Part shown: positions 37,843 through 51,114 of the stretch, piece by piece | Numbering within the stretch: the first letter of the stretch is position 1 | Layout of the letters: every line of letters begins with the position of its first letter | From: Ramazzottius varieornatus | Lineage: Eukaryota > Animalia > Tardigrada | Reading direction: 5' to 3' | NCBI GenBank assembly: GCA_001949185.1 | Contig: BDGG01000012.1 | Coordinates: forward strand, 488,973-552,972 | DNA: 64,000 bases | Translations under genes and position numbers: made by a program | The notes under the pieces: generated by a model | The model's input: the letters and a program-made list of their open reading frames with translations, nothing else | What the model was told of the DNA's origin: nothing | Database searches by the model: none

Positions 37843-39438
37843 TTAGGAGATGTCGTCGTGCTTGCGTTTCCTTCCGCCTTCGATCAGGGTGTCCTTCAGC
37901 ATGTTATAAGCCAGGCTGGCGTTTTGTTCTTGAAAGGAGTGCCATTGGGATGAATTCAGAATCATGGCCGCATTACTGAAACAGATAGCGGCATGGTAGC
38001 TAGAGCATAGGATACAGGAAAGGCTGCGGACCATGCACTTACGTTTCGAGGTACTTGATAACGGTGGACTTCAGTCCATCCTCGGTATGCATTGTGCCGT
38101 TGGTCAGCACGACCAACTGTGGGAAGGTTATAACATTCAGGCTTTCGGACAGGAAGGCGGCGCAGATGGACACCAAATCCGTAATTTGATACTGCAAGGA
38201 AACATGGTCAGGACCGCCAGGTTGACTATCAGTTGGAGCGAATAGGGCAAACAGAATCATTCTCCCCAAGTGTCGCATACTTCCAGTCGGCAGCGCAACG
38301 AAAACGTCCGCAACGTGATATAACGGTCTGGTATAGTTCATTTGGTCCCTTCTACAGTACCACAGCATACCTTATCCGCAGCTTCATACAACGAAATGCC
38401 AGTTTCCACGTCTTTCAAGTCTGGTGCCTTTCTCGAATACATGAACCTCAGCATCATTTCCACAATGTGCGGCTCCAAGTCCTCGATGACAACTTGTCCA
38501 GTCTGACACTCGGACATTTTGATCTCGAACATCCTTGCGAAGACATCCGAAGCACCTAAAAACATACTCTTTAAAGACCATGTACACCGAGTGAAGTTTA
38601 AAAAACGTCTTACGAGAAAGAACGAGGCGGTGTACAGCGAACTCTCGAATCCCAACGACCACTTTGAAGTCCGAGTAGGAACCCGGAAGATCAAAAGCGT
38701 CACTTAGATCGATGCCTAATCCAATAGGTTTCTCAATATTCTTAATTCTGTTCTTCTTTCCGGAAGCCGAAGTCTTCATGATCATAACTTCGGTCACGAT
38801 CGTGATGGACTTCTTTGGGTGAGCCATGGCCAGAGAATGCAGGTCTAGGTTGATGGGCACATGGTCAGCCGGCAGGACAACGCTGACAGATTTGCCATTT
38901 GATTCGATCCTGGTGACCTTGTTCGCATTCTTGCAACGAACTCGGACTTTGATCCTGGTTGTATAACGCTGCGAAGAGTCAGTCAGGCTGTTCAGATAAA
39001 GCTGTGCGCGACCACCTTGCGCGTATGTGCGATCTGGAATAACTAACGAGAACGACCTAAAAAGAAAAAACGCGCTTTCAGCCGCCTTTCTCCAATAAAT
39101 CATTCACTAAAACACTCTACCATAAGGCACGAGAATCTCCGATCTGCCATGTGAATGGAGGTGATGTCAAACGTTTCCCGCGTGTAGCTTCCGTTGTGTA
39201 GCGATGAATCTTCCATTTGTGAGATATCTTCCAGTTCGTGGCCTGCAAGCAAAGATAGAATACCGAACTCTATTAATTTCCGCTACACCCCGAAGCGTCG
39301 AATAGTTTGCTGTGCCATTCCGACAGACTACCGAATGCGCATACAGCAAGGAAAGTCGAGGCAACGTACCACGGAGAAGCGAGGAGTGACCACTTCCGGT
39401 GCAGGAGAATCTTTAGGTGCATTTACGATTCCCTCCAT
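37843..39438 (-). CDS. MATH-BTB (SPOP-like) Cullin-3 adaptor, divergent, multi-exon
   Basis: HKWKIHRY...LTSPPF (MATH-like). SDFKVVVGIREFAVHRLVL...SDVFARMF...MSE...VVIEDLEP...MLRFMY...AADKY (BTB). C-terminal basic GGRKRK. Confidence 0.85.
38233..38352. mobile_element. Family A element, degenerate monomer, BTB-gene intron
   Basis: TCTCCCC-AAGTGTCGCATAC...AAAACGTCCGCAACG from 38268. Confidence 0.6.
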
Positions 39439-39869
39439 TCCCAGCTGGGATACAGTACCCAGTGAGCTTCTTCTCTGTACACAGACTCTGGCGGTGATAT
39501 TGGCTAGAAGAACTGCTTCAAGTCACGCATCCGTCGCGATTTTTGAGAAATATCCTACGCTTAAAAAGCACCCTATTGAAAAAGTGAAAAATAAATTTTG
39601 CAAAACCTAAATAGATGAGGGAAAAATTTACCCAGGATATTGCGAAATCTGATACGCCATGTGACATGAGCCATATTTTGGTATAGCAATCATGGCATTT
39701 CAGAGACGCGACCTCAACTTGTCGTTTGATTGCTTGTTTAATTTCACACCGTAAGAATTGTAAACAATGGGCTCGGCGAATTCAAGGAGAATGCGGAAAC
39801 GCAAGATCTTGTTAAGATAACTGAAGTCAGCGTATTGAGGTTAGTGACCGGAAGTTGGAACATCCTCTG

Positions 39870-41534
39870 ATGGTCAGCGCAATCTACCGTCTTCCCCTCA
39901 TCATTAGCCTCTTGGCAGTCGGATTCTATTGCGGTAAGAACAGTGCAAAGATGAGACTCCACTTCTTACCATCTGGCTTGGCTCTCATGGACTCAAATCC
40001 CCTGGGGAATCTACCGGAAGTGCAGAGGCTGTGTAACAATTATACGGGCTATCTTGTTTCTTACAGTATTCCTGGCCAGACAACCTTGGATACTCCGCAC
40101 CGTGGCCAGAAGGATTCGTAACCTGACTCTATCGGAATTGTTCGCCGGCAAACAAACACTTGGAAGAATGTGGAGTGAGCCACCCGATCCGATGAGGACG
40201 AAGTATGCCGAGCAGCTTATGCAGAACTTTGCTTCGCGAACAGGCATATCCTCTACAGACAAGGAACCTACTCGGTACCTGTGGACAGACTCCTTCGCCG
40301 TCTGCAACTTTCTCGCACTCAATCAACCGGAACAAGCTCTGGCGACCATCGATAGCGTACACCGGACACTGACTCGCGAACGCTCATTTAACAAGTTCTT
40401 GGGCACTGCCTCCGAAGACCATCCCACTCTCGGCGGACTTCGTATAGGCAAGAAGCTTAACGAACGACAAGTCAACGAGCATTTCGACGAACGGTTAGAA
40501 TGGGACAGAGATGGACAGTACTTCCACTACCTGACGAAGTGGATGTTCGCGCTGGACCAAGTAGCGGGGAAACTGGACAAGCCGGTGTTGAATGTGTGGG
40601 CGAGAGAGCTGGCGGAAGTAGCGCATAGTAAGTTCGTCTATTCTAGATCTGGAATGGAGAAGCGAATGTACTGGAAGATGAGTGTGGATCTGAGTCGACC
40701 TCTGGTGGCGTCGCAAGGACACCATGATCCACTGGACGGAATGATTACGGCCATGCAGTTACAAAACTCCGCCGAGCAGCTGGGTGTGGACAAAGAAGGT
40801 CCCATGTTGGAGAATGTCGTGGCGGATTATCAAAGCATGATACAACGCGGTGACTTCGCAACTGCAGGTACGAAACTTGGGAGCTGGGAAACAAGCCTCT
40901 CGAGATCAGTATTCGAGTGGCGCACTCTTTTAGCTTATAACACTTGAAACGTGCGCCACTTTAGGAAAACACTCTTGCTCGTGTTGTTTGCCTACTGGTT
41001 CCCACTTCATTGATGATTGATGATCGATCACCAAACTTTATTGATTCTGTGTGTTATGGCTCTTTAGATCCGCTTGGTTTGGGTGGGCTCCTGTTGGATG
41101 CCTACAGAGTCTTCCGACTAAGAATTTGTGGAAGAGAGGTAATTTCTTCGAGCGGGACAGATGCGCGAATAGCGACATGTAAGGTTCTGTTGGAGAAACT
41201 GCTTCAGGCCTCGTTGACTGGTGTGAAGATGTTTGCGGAAGACTTCGACGCTAAAGAACCAGCCGGAAGACGCTTGGCTTTCAGAGAAATCGGCTTGTCG
41301 AGGGGGTTGCGCGTTATAAGCAGTATACGTTTCAGCGAGGAAGCATCTGGAGATGGTGAAAAGACGTCGATTGAAGCTCTGATCCAGCTGCGGACGTTTG
41401 ACTACTTGCGAGAAGAGATCGAATCGTTCTGGATGAACGAGAAGCACCAGCAGAGTGGGACATATAAGGAGCACCAAGATATCAACGATGTCATGTTGGC
41501 CACAACTTTAATTCCGCGTGGTTTGTTGAACTAA
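39870..41534 (+). CDS. Uncharacterised microbial-type protein (~443 aa) with an N-terminal signal/anchor; exons 39870-39933, 40067-40867, 41068-41534
   Basis: Blocks RYLWTDSFAVCNFL, GGLRIGK, EWDRDGQYFHYLTKWMFAL, YWKMSVDLSRPLV, HDPLDG, DPLGLGGLL, RLAFREIGL and HQDINDVMLAT. I recall these from a prokaryotic/fungal hypothetical family. All junctions are in frame. Confidence 0.8.
40879..41003. mobile_element. Family A element, monomer, with apparent 4-bp target duplication ACTT
   Basis: ACTT-GGGAGCTGGGAAACAA...47-bp core from 40915...TTGTTTGCCTACTGGTTCCC-ACTT. Confidence 0.87.
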
Positions 41535-41803
41535 ACAAGTTAGAGTATATCGTGTTTTTTTTATCTGAAGATTTTAATATCGTCTTTCTATCTGTTAGGT
41601 GAAGACTACAACTCTTTCCCGGTGGTTTTTTTCTACCATTCTTCCTATCAAACAGAGGTTACCTAGGAGCGTCAGTCGTGGTAACAGCCGGACATTGGTC
41701 ATTTCGCACCCCGCTATTGAAACATTAACGTTGATACAGCGGACGATTCAAAACGCTAGCTGGCTGGGTCAACAATAACACGTATATTAAACGAGCTACT
41801 GTC

Positions 41804-42985
41804 ATGGCCAAGAACACCTACTTCCGGGACTACCCAGGACTCGATCCAGGACGACATCACGTTCCAGGGTACGTGGCGTGAAAATGTGAACAGAAGGTTC
41901 TACCGACAAATGCCCACGTTTTTTCGGACAGCAAACAACGGTTTTTTCTTGAAGGTATACTGGGCACTTTCCGACGCAGAACCGGTACCAACAGATCTCG
42001 ATGAGCCAAGCAACGAAGCACGCGATGGAGACACGTGGTGGGTACTTCGACCACGAAATACCACATAGCGTGGTCGAAAACAACCGGGAAGATCCTGAGA
42101 TTGTGAGGAGGAGGCTCGAGGACCAGCACTTGGAGGACGATATGTTCCACTTGCGCGACCACTTGCAAGGCGGGGCTCCTGTATACCGTAAAGAAATGAT
42201 ACCCGGCTTTACCGGTAATTAGATTTTGCCTACGTCAGTTCTGCGCAGCACGGGCAACATCGTTGTTGTTCTTCCACGATAATTATTGTTCATTAGGATA
42301 TATGCCGAATACACAAGACCAAATCGGAAATACCTTTGCAGGAGGCGCGCTAGAAGGCACGGCCGAGTTTGAACGAGCACAAGGCCGTATTCCTCGTTAC
42401 CGCTTTCCCTTGGAGTCTTCCAGAGACCTCAACATGCGACCGATTGGCGGACGAGAAATGTACGTGACAGGCAACATTGACCGCGACAGAGTACCGGTGG
42501 ACATTGAGGTACCGTTGTGGGTGCCTCGATACATGGGTCATAAGCATAAAGACATAGTCCGTCACTACTTTCCTCCTCCAGAGCGGTATCCCGGCTTTGA
42601 CACCGGGCACAATCAGGCCTGCTTGCTGACCAAGAAACCTTACGTTGGGACTGTTCACCCTCCTATCCATCGCGACATTCATCTGGAGCCGCTTCCTCCA
42701 GCTACAGGTGAACCTATGGAGTACTTCCCCAAGATATTACCCAAGCCTCAGCAACCTCATCAACTTCCGGTTTCGTTACATATCAAGCAGCCGAAAGAGA
42801 TGCTGGTCACCGTGCCGATGCCCACTTGGGTCCCCACCATCAGCCAAAAGATGTTCAAATATTACACTGACCATCAGAAGAGCGGTTTTAGCGGGTATAC
42901 ACCCAACGCACGCAATGTTCTAGGCTCATCTATAAACCGTGAAATCACAGAAGAAAATCAGATGCATTTGAATAGACTCGATTAG
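41804..42985 (+). CDS. FAM166/CIMIP2-like ciliary microtubule inner protein, 3 exons
   Basis: Repeated PG[YF]xG[YH]xP motifs: HVPGYTGHFP, MIPGFTGYMP...GNTF, SGFSGYTP. Confidence 0.7.
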
Positions 42986-43048
42986 CAATATGAATTCTGT
43001 CTTCGTGGTATAAGTAGAAAAAGTATCAAAGGACTGTTTGACTTGAGC

Positions 43049-46000
43049 TTATCGACGTTTCCGGGAGCTTTTCACCAGGTCACCGATATCTTTGGTCCGT
43101 CTGGACGGATATTGCACAAGAGGCACTTGTAGATCTGTGATAAATTGAAACAGGACAAAAAAGGCACGGGATGAATACAGAAAGGCAAGCAGTAAGGCCG
43201 AGGATGAACAGGCAAAGGACAGAGCTTCGTAAATGAAACGAGGAGCAAAGATCTTCCAGACCATCAAATGCCGCCGATTCACTGCTGCATTCAGCATAAC
43301 GAAGAACAACTGCAAAAAAATGAACAAGAAATTTAAAACAGACGATAATCTTCCACAAGAACTGGATATCGCAAAAACCGTAAATTGGAACCTAGACAAA
43401 CAACACTCCAGGAGATCGTTTTCCGAAGTGGCTAACGCTGCCAGTCACAAACACTGTCAGTATGCGCCACTTGTCAAAACACTCTCGCTAAGTTTGTCTA
43501 CCGAGCTTCCAGCTGACTTGCGTTACCTTTGACGTATGCCAGAGTTGGTAACTCAGGCAATTCTTCCATAGGCTGCTGGAGTACACTTCCGGGTTCTGTA
43601 GCCAGTAGCTATCCCCTCGTTCCCTCCACATCATCATAAGCGGCACCGCCCAGGCGGCCAGTATCTGTCCGGCGAAGGTCTCACTTCCCATCAGGATCTT
43701 CTGAAACAGCTGCCAGTGCTTCCCGCTGTCTTCTCCAATGCCCACGAACGCGCTATTCCAATGCAGCGTCGTGAAGGTCGTCTGATGTCCCGATGAGAAG
43801 AACAGATGCCATGCCATAAAAGCCCACATCACCAACCTGCCCACGCCATCCGAACTCTCGGGAGAATCCATGAAATGAAACTTTGTCAGAACCGGAAGTC
43901 CGATTAAGATGACGTTCCATGTTCCACCGGTCACCGTACATAGGAAAAGTGTCAGAACGATACAAATAACTTGGCCAAAGGTTTGTAAAGCGTAGTCGAA
44001 ATTCGCCGGGAAGTCAGCTTTGGAATACGAGTTCACTTCCGGTTGCGAGGTTCTCCGCGAAGAACCATTGGTAACGACATTCCCATTCATCAGTACCTCG
44101 CCATGTTCGTTGTTTGATTGGCTTTTGCGTGGTTTTAACGAGATGTTAGGTGAGAGAAAAAGGCATGTTACGGCACCGACTGTGGAAATGTAGAGCAGCC
44201 TCGGGGCGAAGACTGTGTGGAAGTCAAAGGCGTTCTCACCGGAGAAGTACAGACAGAAGAGGATCACGACCAACAAATGGACCTGACCGTTCTTGTTGAG
44301 GCGTTTCTCCAGCGACATCCAGGAGACACTGCCAATAAGAAGGTAGGCGATGACGTTGAGGCCTCGGCGGAGGTGGTACAGGTCGGATTGGAGAGGGATG
44401 GAGTCAAAATCGACAGACACCTCGTTAACTTGGCACTCGGACTGCTCTTCGCGACAGCGGCGGTAGAACTCCATACAACGAACGGCGATGCTGAGCAGGA
44501 GACAGCGCAGAAAGTTCCCCCGAGCCTGTCGCGACCTAACAACACAAATGTGTATGAACAGACATCCAAATCAAAGGCGAAAGCATGGTTACGAAAATTT
44601 CTCCATACAGTCGCGCACTTTTACACGTGCAACCACCACAGATATGCGCGAATTGAATCAGTGGGCGTAATGATATGGGATGTCGACATCGTACCTTCGT
44701 GGAGGTGTTGTGATGAAGTGTGTCCAAATCAGCGCTTGAAGGATGCACTGGACCGACACATCTTCGTGTACTTGAAAGCTATTGGAGAACATCGAGAAAA
44801 AATGGACGACACTAGCTGCTATTGCGACTAGCGCGAAAAAACTCTGCGTCCATCCAAAGGAGGAGATGAAGACAAGAACGAGGAGAGATATCGCTACCGA
44901 AGCTCCAACAAAGACGACACCCAGCCAGATGAGCTTCGTGTCGAACCGCGCCCATAACGTCCGACACACATTGAGTGTTTGTTGAAAGAAGGACTGGTAG
45001 GCGACGAGGGATAGTTGCTGTGAAGTGGCGTTGTGGAAGAGAGTGTCGACGTGACGTAGAGAGGCTGGTGGGAAGTCCGAAGCTTCCTGAGAGTATTTCT
45101 GGATGAAGGACCAGACTTGTTGAGCGTTCACGCGGAGAGCCGTCTCGAGACGCGACGGGTCGGTAGCGTCGGAGAAGAAGCCGGGAATGATGCGACCGAG
45201 GTTGGAGAAGGGAATAGGGTGGCCAAGAAGAAGGGAGAAGGTCGGGACAAAGTCGACTTGCGCGACAGTGTCCGGCAGAAGGTTCACATCTGGAACATTA
45301 TCTCATACTATGGTTGCTGAATATTCACATTTGGGAGGTTGGCAAAAGAAACGTACAAAATCGCTTTTCCAAGTGGGGCACGGTTTCAGCTAGTACCGTA
45401 AGGCAGAAAATGTCCGCCATTTGGTAGAGCGATCTTGCCGATTCTAAGGTGGTGCGTGTTTTCAGTCTTACTAGCTGGAAGCGTGCGCCACTTCAAGAAA
45501 CGATCGTGCATGTTTCGTTTACCAGCATCCCATTCACTTCATTTCTGGTTAGCTACCGATGAATTTCTTGCGGCTGTATACGAACAGGCCAGCTTCCACT
45601 TCGTCCTTGCTATCGCCTCCATGATCGCCCGACTTGGTCATGCCGTGGTCGCCCATCAAGAAGAGCACCGTGTCGTCTTGCAGGTTCTGGACGACATTTC
45701 GCACCATCTCGTTCATCTCTTTCAGCTTCCGTGCCATCTCCGGATGGTCGCGACCATAGCGATGTCCGCAGTGGTCGACGCCCAGAAAGTGCGCCACCAA
45801 GATATTCCAGTCTTTCTTTCTCATTTCCGGCACCAGATGCTGTGTCACTCCGCGGTCGACAGTGTCCAAATCCCGTACATCGAAGGAGGGGAAGGGAAAG
45901 GCTTTGGAGAAGCTCTTGGGAAACAACTGAATCCTGTCGAATAAATGCGGATATATGAAATAAAATTGATGCAGTATGTAATGAATTCTTCTCATTTTGA

Positions 46001-46672
46001 GAACAATTTCTACATTCCAAATATTATCACAAAATCACCGAAGTCGATACCGTTTGCAAGCTAGGGAAGAACGGAACGGCTTACCAAGTATCGTCGCCCA
46101 TGAATGTAACGTTCTTGCCCATTTCCTTTATCCTGTCGATAATGTTATCCTCACCGATCGAGCCGGCATCGAAATTGCTACCGACGTCCACGAAGGTTGG
46201 TAGGGAACCTGTGGTCAGTCCTTTGAGTCGCTGCATGGTCGTCGTCGGTGGATCAGCGATGAACTTGAACAATGCCGTATTCTCCGGTCCATGTTTCAGG
46301 AGATGGTCCACAACCGGAAGTTTGTTCTCATACGATCTGCCTTTGCCGGCTTTGATGCTGTGGTTAGTTAGAAGGAAGTCATACTTCAGCGCATCCACCA
46401 CGACGATCACAGCGCGGTTGAAGATCGGCTTCAGGTTGTGGTAACAGGATATCCCCTTCCGACCAGCAGCTAGAAGATAACGAACACGTTAGTATAGTGA
46501 ACTCTAATTAACGAAGAAATTTATTACCGGCGAATTGATTTTGACAGACGGCCTTGTCGGACAACTCCACGCGTGAAAGGAGAAAACCTAAAGCGAAGGT
46601 CCATACGCCGACTGCTGCAAGGACAATGATAAAAAACAAAGAGCAACAATGCCACATCCATCGTCCAGGCAT
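43049..46672 (-). CDS. PIGO: GPI ethanolamine-phosphate transferase 3, multi-exon
   Basis: [76 protein letters not shown]. Confidence 0.96.
43386..43511. mobile_element. Family A element, monomer, last PIGO intron
   Basis: 47-bp core AAGTGGCTAACG...TATGCGCCACTT from 43426, with family arms. Confidence 0.82.
45333..45531. mobile_element. Family A element, dimer, PIGO intron
   Basis: Cores at 45371 (52 bp) and 45447 (47 bp). Linker GGTAGAGCGATCTTGCCGATTCTA resembles the other dimers. Ends GGGAG / ATCCC. Confidence 0.85.
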
Positions 46673-47351
46673 TTTCTTGTAAGAGGGATGTTAGCTTCGT
46701 TGTATGGGAGAAACACAGGTAGGGCATCCAGGCTCAGCTATTCGACATCGAATATCACAGGTGACAGGTTGCCTCCTTAGCGCATCCGACGGTCCAGCGT
46801 TCGGCAGAGCCCGCAAGAAGTTCCACAGAAGGAAAAGCAAACGAAACGGGCAACAGAAACGTTGCAAAGATTGTGGCCTGGGTCCTGTGGGTAAAAACTG
46901 GGAAATAAAAAAAAGTTGTAATTTTTGTTGTGGAAAAAAATTCACGTTTTTTGGAGCGAAATCGGCTCAGCGCAGATCGCATCCGGTCGGTCCGATCGGA
47001 TCACCCACTTCCAAATTACTTTGTTGTATCGATAAATCAAACGAGGATGACCGCCTGCGGCCTGGGCTCTCCGACTGAAACAATTCAAACAGAGACCGAA
47101 CCATGTGGTATTCGTGCCGATCTCACTGAGCCGACAAACGGAATTCCTGCTTCTGAATTCTGAAACATTGTTCAGGTTTATTTTTTTCATTTTGGTGCGA
47201 TGTTCTTCTGCGCGTACCATTCGTAGGTGCATCAAGCGATCTCATTCCCGGGCGAAGGAGTTCAGGATCTACAGAGCATTCCGTTGCGGCCGGAAGCAGT
47301 GCGTCACGGAGGGGGACATACGTTTTTGTTTTTCAAGGAATCTTTCAAGGA

Positions 47352-47952
47352 ATGTCCGCTTTGGCTTCCTTTTCCAGGCTAAGGCCAACACTTCCGGAAT
47401 GTCTTTCCACATCCAAAAAGATCTTCCACGTTCCGTGCCGCACCATCCTGCACGTTTTCCCCCCTGGATGGCGTGAGAAAGTGGACGACGCCGCGAAACC
47501 CACCGACCCTGAAAGCAGGTTAGAGTTTTTCATCACAGTAGCGGTATTAAAAGCTATTTGCTAATCTCAGTCTGTTGTAGGGATCACTGGGTGCTGAGTG
47601 CTGACCAAGGCCGGACAATCGTTTGCTACCATCCCGAACGGCCATTCCCTTATGAGCACTCGCTACCTGTGCCTCGGCAAGAATCCTTGTTCAACGAAGG
47701 AGACTCTGTGCTGAAGGTGCAGCTGAGGAAGGACTGGCATGAAGCCAGCCAACCTTTCAACAAGGAAGGAGTAACAACCAAGCTGGCAAAACTCTTCAAG
47801 ATGGATCGCAGATACTTCGTACCACAGTAACTTTACATCATCCTTTCTTGCGTTTTGCCACCTATTCACTGAGGAACTTGTGTTTTTGCAGCCACCGCTT
47901 GAGCCGGATCAGGAGGTACAAAGTCTTCCCCGTGGAGCGAGATGGGCTGTAG
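47352..47952 (+). CDS. MRPL42: Mitochondrial ribosomal protein mL42, 3 exons
   Basis: Presequence plus GRTIVCYHPERPFPYEHSLPVPR. Confidence 0.88.
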
Positions 47953-48245
47953 TCGACGGCCTGTAAGTTTTCTTACCTTTTAACCGTAACATGATATCTA
48001 TAAACGTTTTCTCTGACTGACTTCTGTTAGAAAATCGTTTGTCACTTACTGGGACTCTCGGTGAGTATAGTCTTCACTGGATTGGAATCCTGATGAGTGT
48101 TTTCTCATTGCGCAACATAACCATCAACAACTCAGTAACATAATAAAAGCGGCAGTAACAGCGGGGTACTTTAGCGTATTTTTCTGCGGGTTGAAATCGA
48201 CTCTGCCCGTCCAGAGGCTCGGAGGAAACGAATAACGTAATTGTA

Positions 48246-49561
48246 TCAGTCTGTTTTAAGGTCTTTCATAAAGTTGACGATGGATTCTATGGTTCCTTCC
48301 CGACTGTCCTGGTGGACCCAGTGTGTACCCGGAAGTGTCACAACCACATTTTCGGGAAAGAGCCGATTTATCTCCGGCATTTCCTTCTCGGTGATGTAGT
48401 CAGACTGATCGCCTTTGATGAACAATACGGGACCATTGTAAGAGTTGTCATACTCAGGAAACTCCATTATTTGATCCAAGTATTTCTCAAAAGCTTTCAG
48501 GTTAATCCTCCACTCGATCTGTCCATCCTTCTCCACCAAATTTGTGACGAGAAACTCGCGAATCCTAATCCTAATTTTCTGCAGTGAAAATTAGAATATT
48601 GCTGAAGACCATCCGAAGTATGTGTCAAGTGCATGATGCAACAAAATCAGCTCTCGGACATACCGAGATGATATCGTCCCACTCTTCGACAGCTCGTTTG
48701 CGCAGCTCGTCAAGGCGTTCACCTCTCGTTAAGTCTAGCTCTTTCTGCAAGCGGATCATTTCCCTGAACAATTCCACTCCGGGCATTAGCGCAGGAGCGG
48801 TGTCAACCACTATCAGTGCATCTATTAGAGCAGGCTGAATAAAAAACAAGAATCAGTTATGAACTTATGATAACGAACCCCACTTCCGTGTCGAACAAAG
48901 AAATTCTAAAGACGCACTAAGTTCCACCTACCTTACGCAATGCCGCGCACATCACTACTTTCCCTCCCTGCAAAAAAGGTAACTCTACCAGGTTCTACAC
49001 AGGAGAAAGCAGGAAGAGGAGCGACCAACAAGAAAGCGGCACATACCGACCATGCTGTGTCCAACAAGGATGGCTTTCGGTATCTTCAGCGTGTGGATAA
49101 GTTCCTCGACGTCATCGCTCATAGCATCAAGCGATTGGTCGGGATCGTGTGGACTTTCTCCGTGGTTTCGAGCGTCAGCACAGATGACACTTTGTCTCAG
49201 TTGTTCTACCAGCGTCTTGGCTATGACATGCCAGTACACTCTGTTACCGAAGATCCCGTGACAAATGATGAGAGGATACGGGGCAATGGGTGGCTTGCTC
49301 GAACGAGGAGGATCGAACTTGTCGTAGACAAGCTTGATCGCGCTGCAAAGATCAACAGGTCGAGCGGGGTTCCCTGAACTCTTTCGTACGCTACTATATA
49401 TGAAGCAAAATCTGAAGAGCGCGCTAATCGTACGAATAAACCTACCGACATTGCGAAGTTGAGAACGTCCTGCGAGGGATATTACAAGCAGGAAATGGAG
49501 TGGAGGAGTACATGAGGTTGCAGAGCCTGGCCGACTGCCGCGCGGTCCGGATGGCCATCAT
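48246..49561 (-). CDS. ABHD11: ABHD11-like mitochondrial alpha/beta hydrolase, copy A
   Basis: Presequence, CHGIFG, DARNHGES, GHSM|GGK, WRINL, GPVLFIKG, GTHWVH. Confidence 0.9.
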
Positions 49562-49805
49562 CCAGCAGGAGGTATGCCTTCTAAAGACTTCCGGTCTAAA
49601 CGTAAACCACCGGTTGAACTGGACTCATTTTACCAGTGTAAATTGCCTGGCAATCATATTTTCAGCAGCAACTTGGTAAAGAGCTAATAATGAAAATAAA
49701 ACGGACGCGGAAGAAAGAACACTAATGCTACCTACGCACGGTTCCTACCGTACAACAAACTTTGCTAATCAGAGAGTCAAACGGGAACTGGCTCAGTGGA
49801 TACAA

Positions 49806-51114
49806 TTACAAATTCTGAGCTGCATCAGCATCATCTGTCTCGCGCTTTTTGAGGAACCTAACGATACTGGCGATCGTCTCTTTGGGGTTGTCGGCGTGGA
49901 CCCAATGTCCACCGGGAAGCTTGTCTATCACTACCTCAGGAAACAGTCTTCTAATTTCCGGCATTTCTTTGTCGCCGATATAGTCGGACTTATCTCCAGC
50001 GATGAACAGTACAGGACCACCGTAAAAGTTGTGGAACAGAGGAAACTCCATGATGTTATTCAGGTTGTTCTCGATGGCTTCTAGATTCACCCTCCACTCG
50101 TTCTTCCCCTTGTTTTCCACCAGGTTCGTCAGAATGAACTGCCGAACCATCAGTTCCTACAAAGCCACCCCAAATATCACCCGAGTCTCACGTGAAGATC
50201 GTATTCTTCAAACTAATATGACAAACGAAAAATTTACTTAATCGTACCGGAATATTTTCTTCAAACTCTTTAATAGCCCTTCCGCGCAACTGTGGAATTT
50301 TTTCGTCTCGTGACAAGTCCAAAGCCTTCATCGCGGAAATATACCGCTTGAAACTTTCCAACCCGGGGCTTTGCGATGGTGCGGAATCAACTACTATCAA
50401 AGAATCCACTTCGGCAGGCTAAACGAAATACAACCGTCGATGTCAAAACTCATAAAGAACAAAACTCGACTATTTAGCTTGCCTTCCGTAGCGCGGTACA
50501 CATGGCTACTTTCCCTCCCTGTAACAAAAGGAATGCTTGGGGATGTTACAGAAGCCACACCAGGCAGAAGAACGACCCAACAAAGCAGCACATACCAACC
50601 ATGCTGTGTCCAACAAGGATGGCTTTCGGTATCTTCAGCCTGTGGACAAGTTCCTCGACGTCATCGCTCATGGCTTCGTAGGAATTGTCAGGATCGTGTC
50701 GGCTCTCTCCGTGGTTGCGAGCATCGACACAGATGATGCTTTGGCGCAGCTTATCTTTTAGCTTCTTAGCTATCGCCTGCCAGTTCATCTTGTTGCCGAA
50801 GAGGCCGTGAAGGATAATGACGGGATACTCAACAACCGGTGGCTTCTCCGAACGTGGAGGATCGTACCTTGCGTAGGCAAGAGGTATCGCACTGCAAAAG
50901 TCAACAGGTTGAATCTCTGCTGCTGCATAATAAGTGCGTAGTACTCGAAAAATTAGTCCAGAAAAGCACACTAATTAATACGAGAAATCGAATCTTACCA
51001 ACATCTTTGCGAACTTGTAAACGGTCTGCAAGAGGCAGAGGTAGGAAGACTGCCGAGGGAAGACGCGAGGTTGCAGATCCTGGCCGACTGTCGCGCATTC
51101 CGAGAGCTTATCAT
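49806..51114 (-). CDS. ABHD11: ABHD11-like mitochondrial alpha/beta hydrolase, copy B (tandem paralog)
   Basis: LHGLFGNKMNW, DARNHGES, GHSM|GGK, VRQFILTNL, GGHWVHADNP. Same exon structure as copy A. Confidence 0.92.

Noticed and set aside
48561-48576. TTAGGA-like repeats resembling telomeric sequence
   Set aside because: Only about 2.5 units, inside an ABHD11 exon (encoding IRIRIR).
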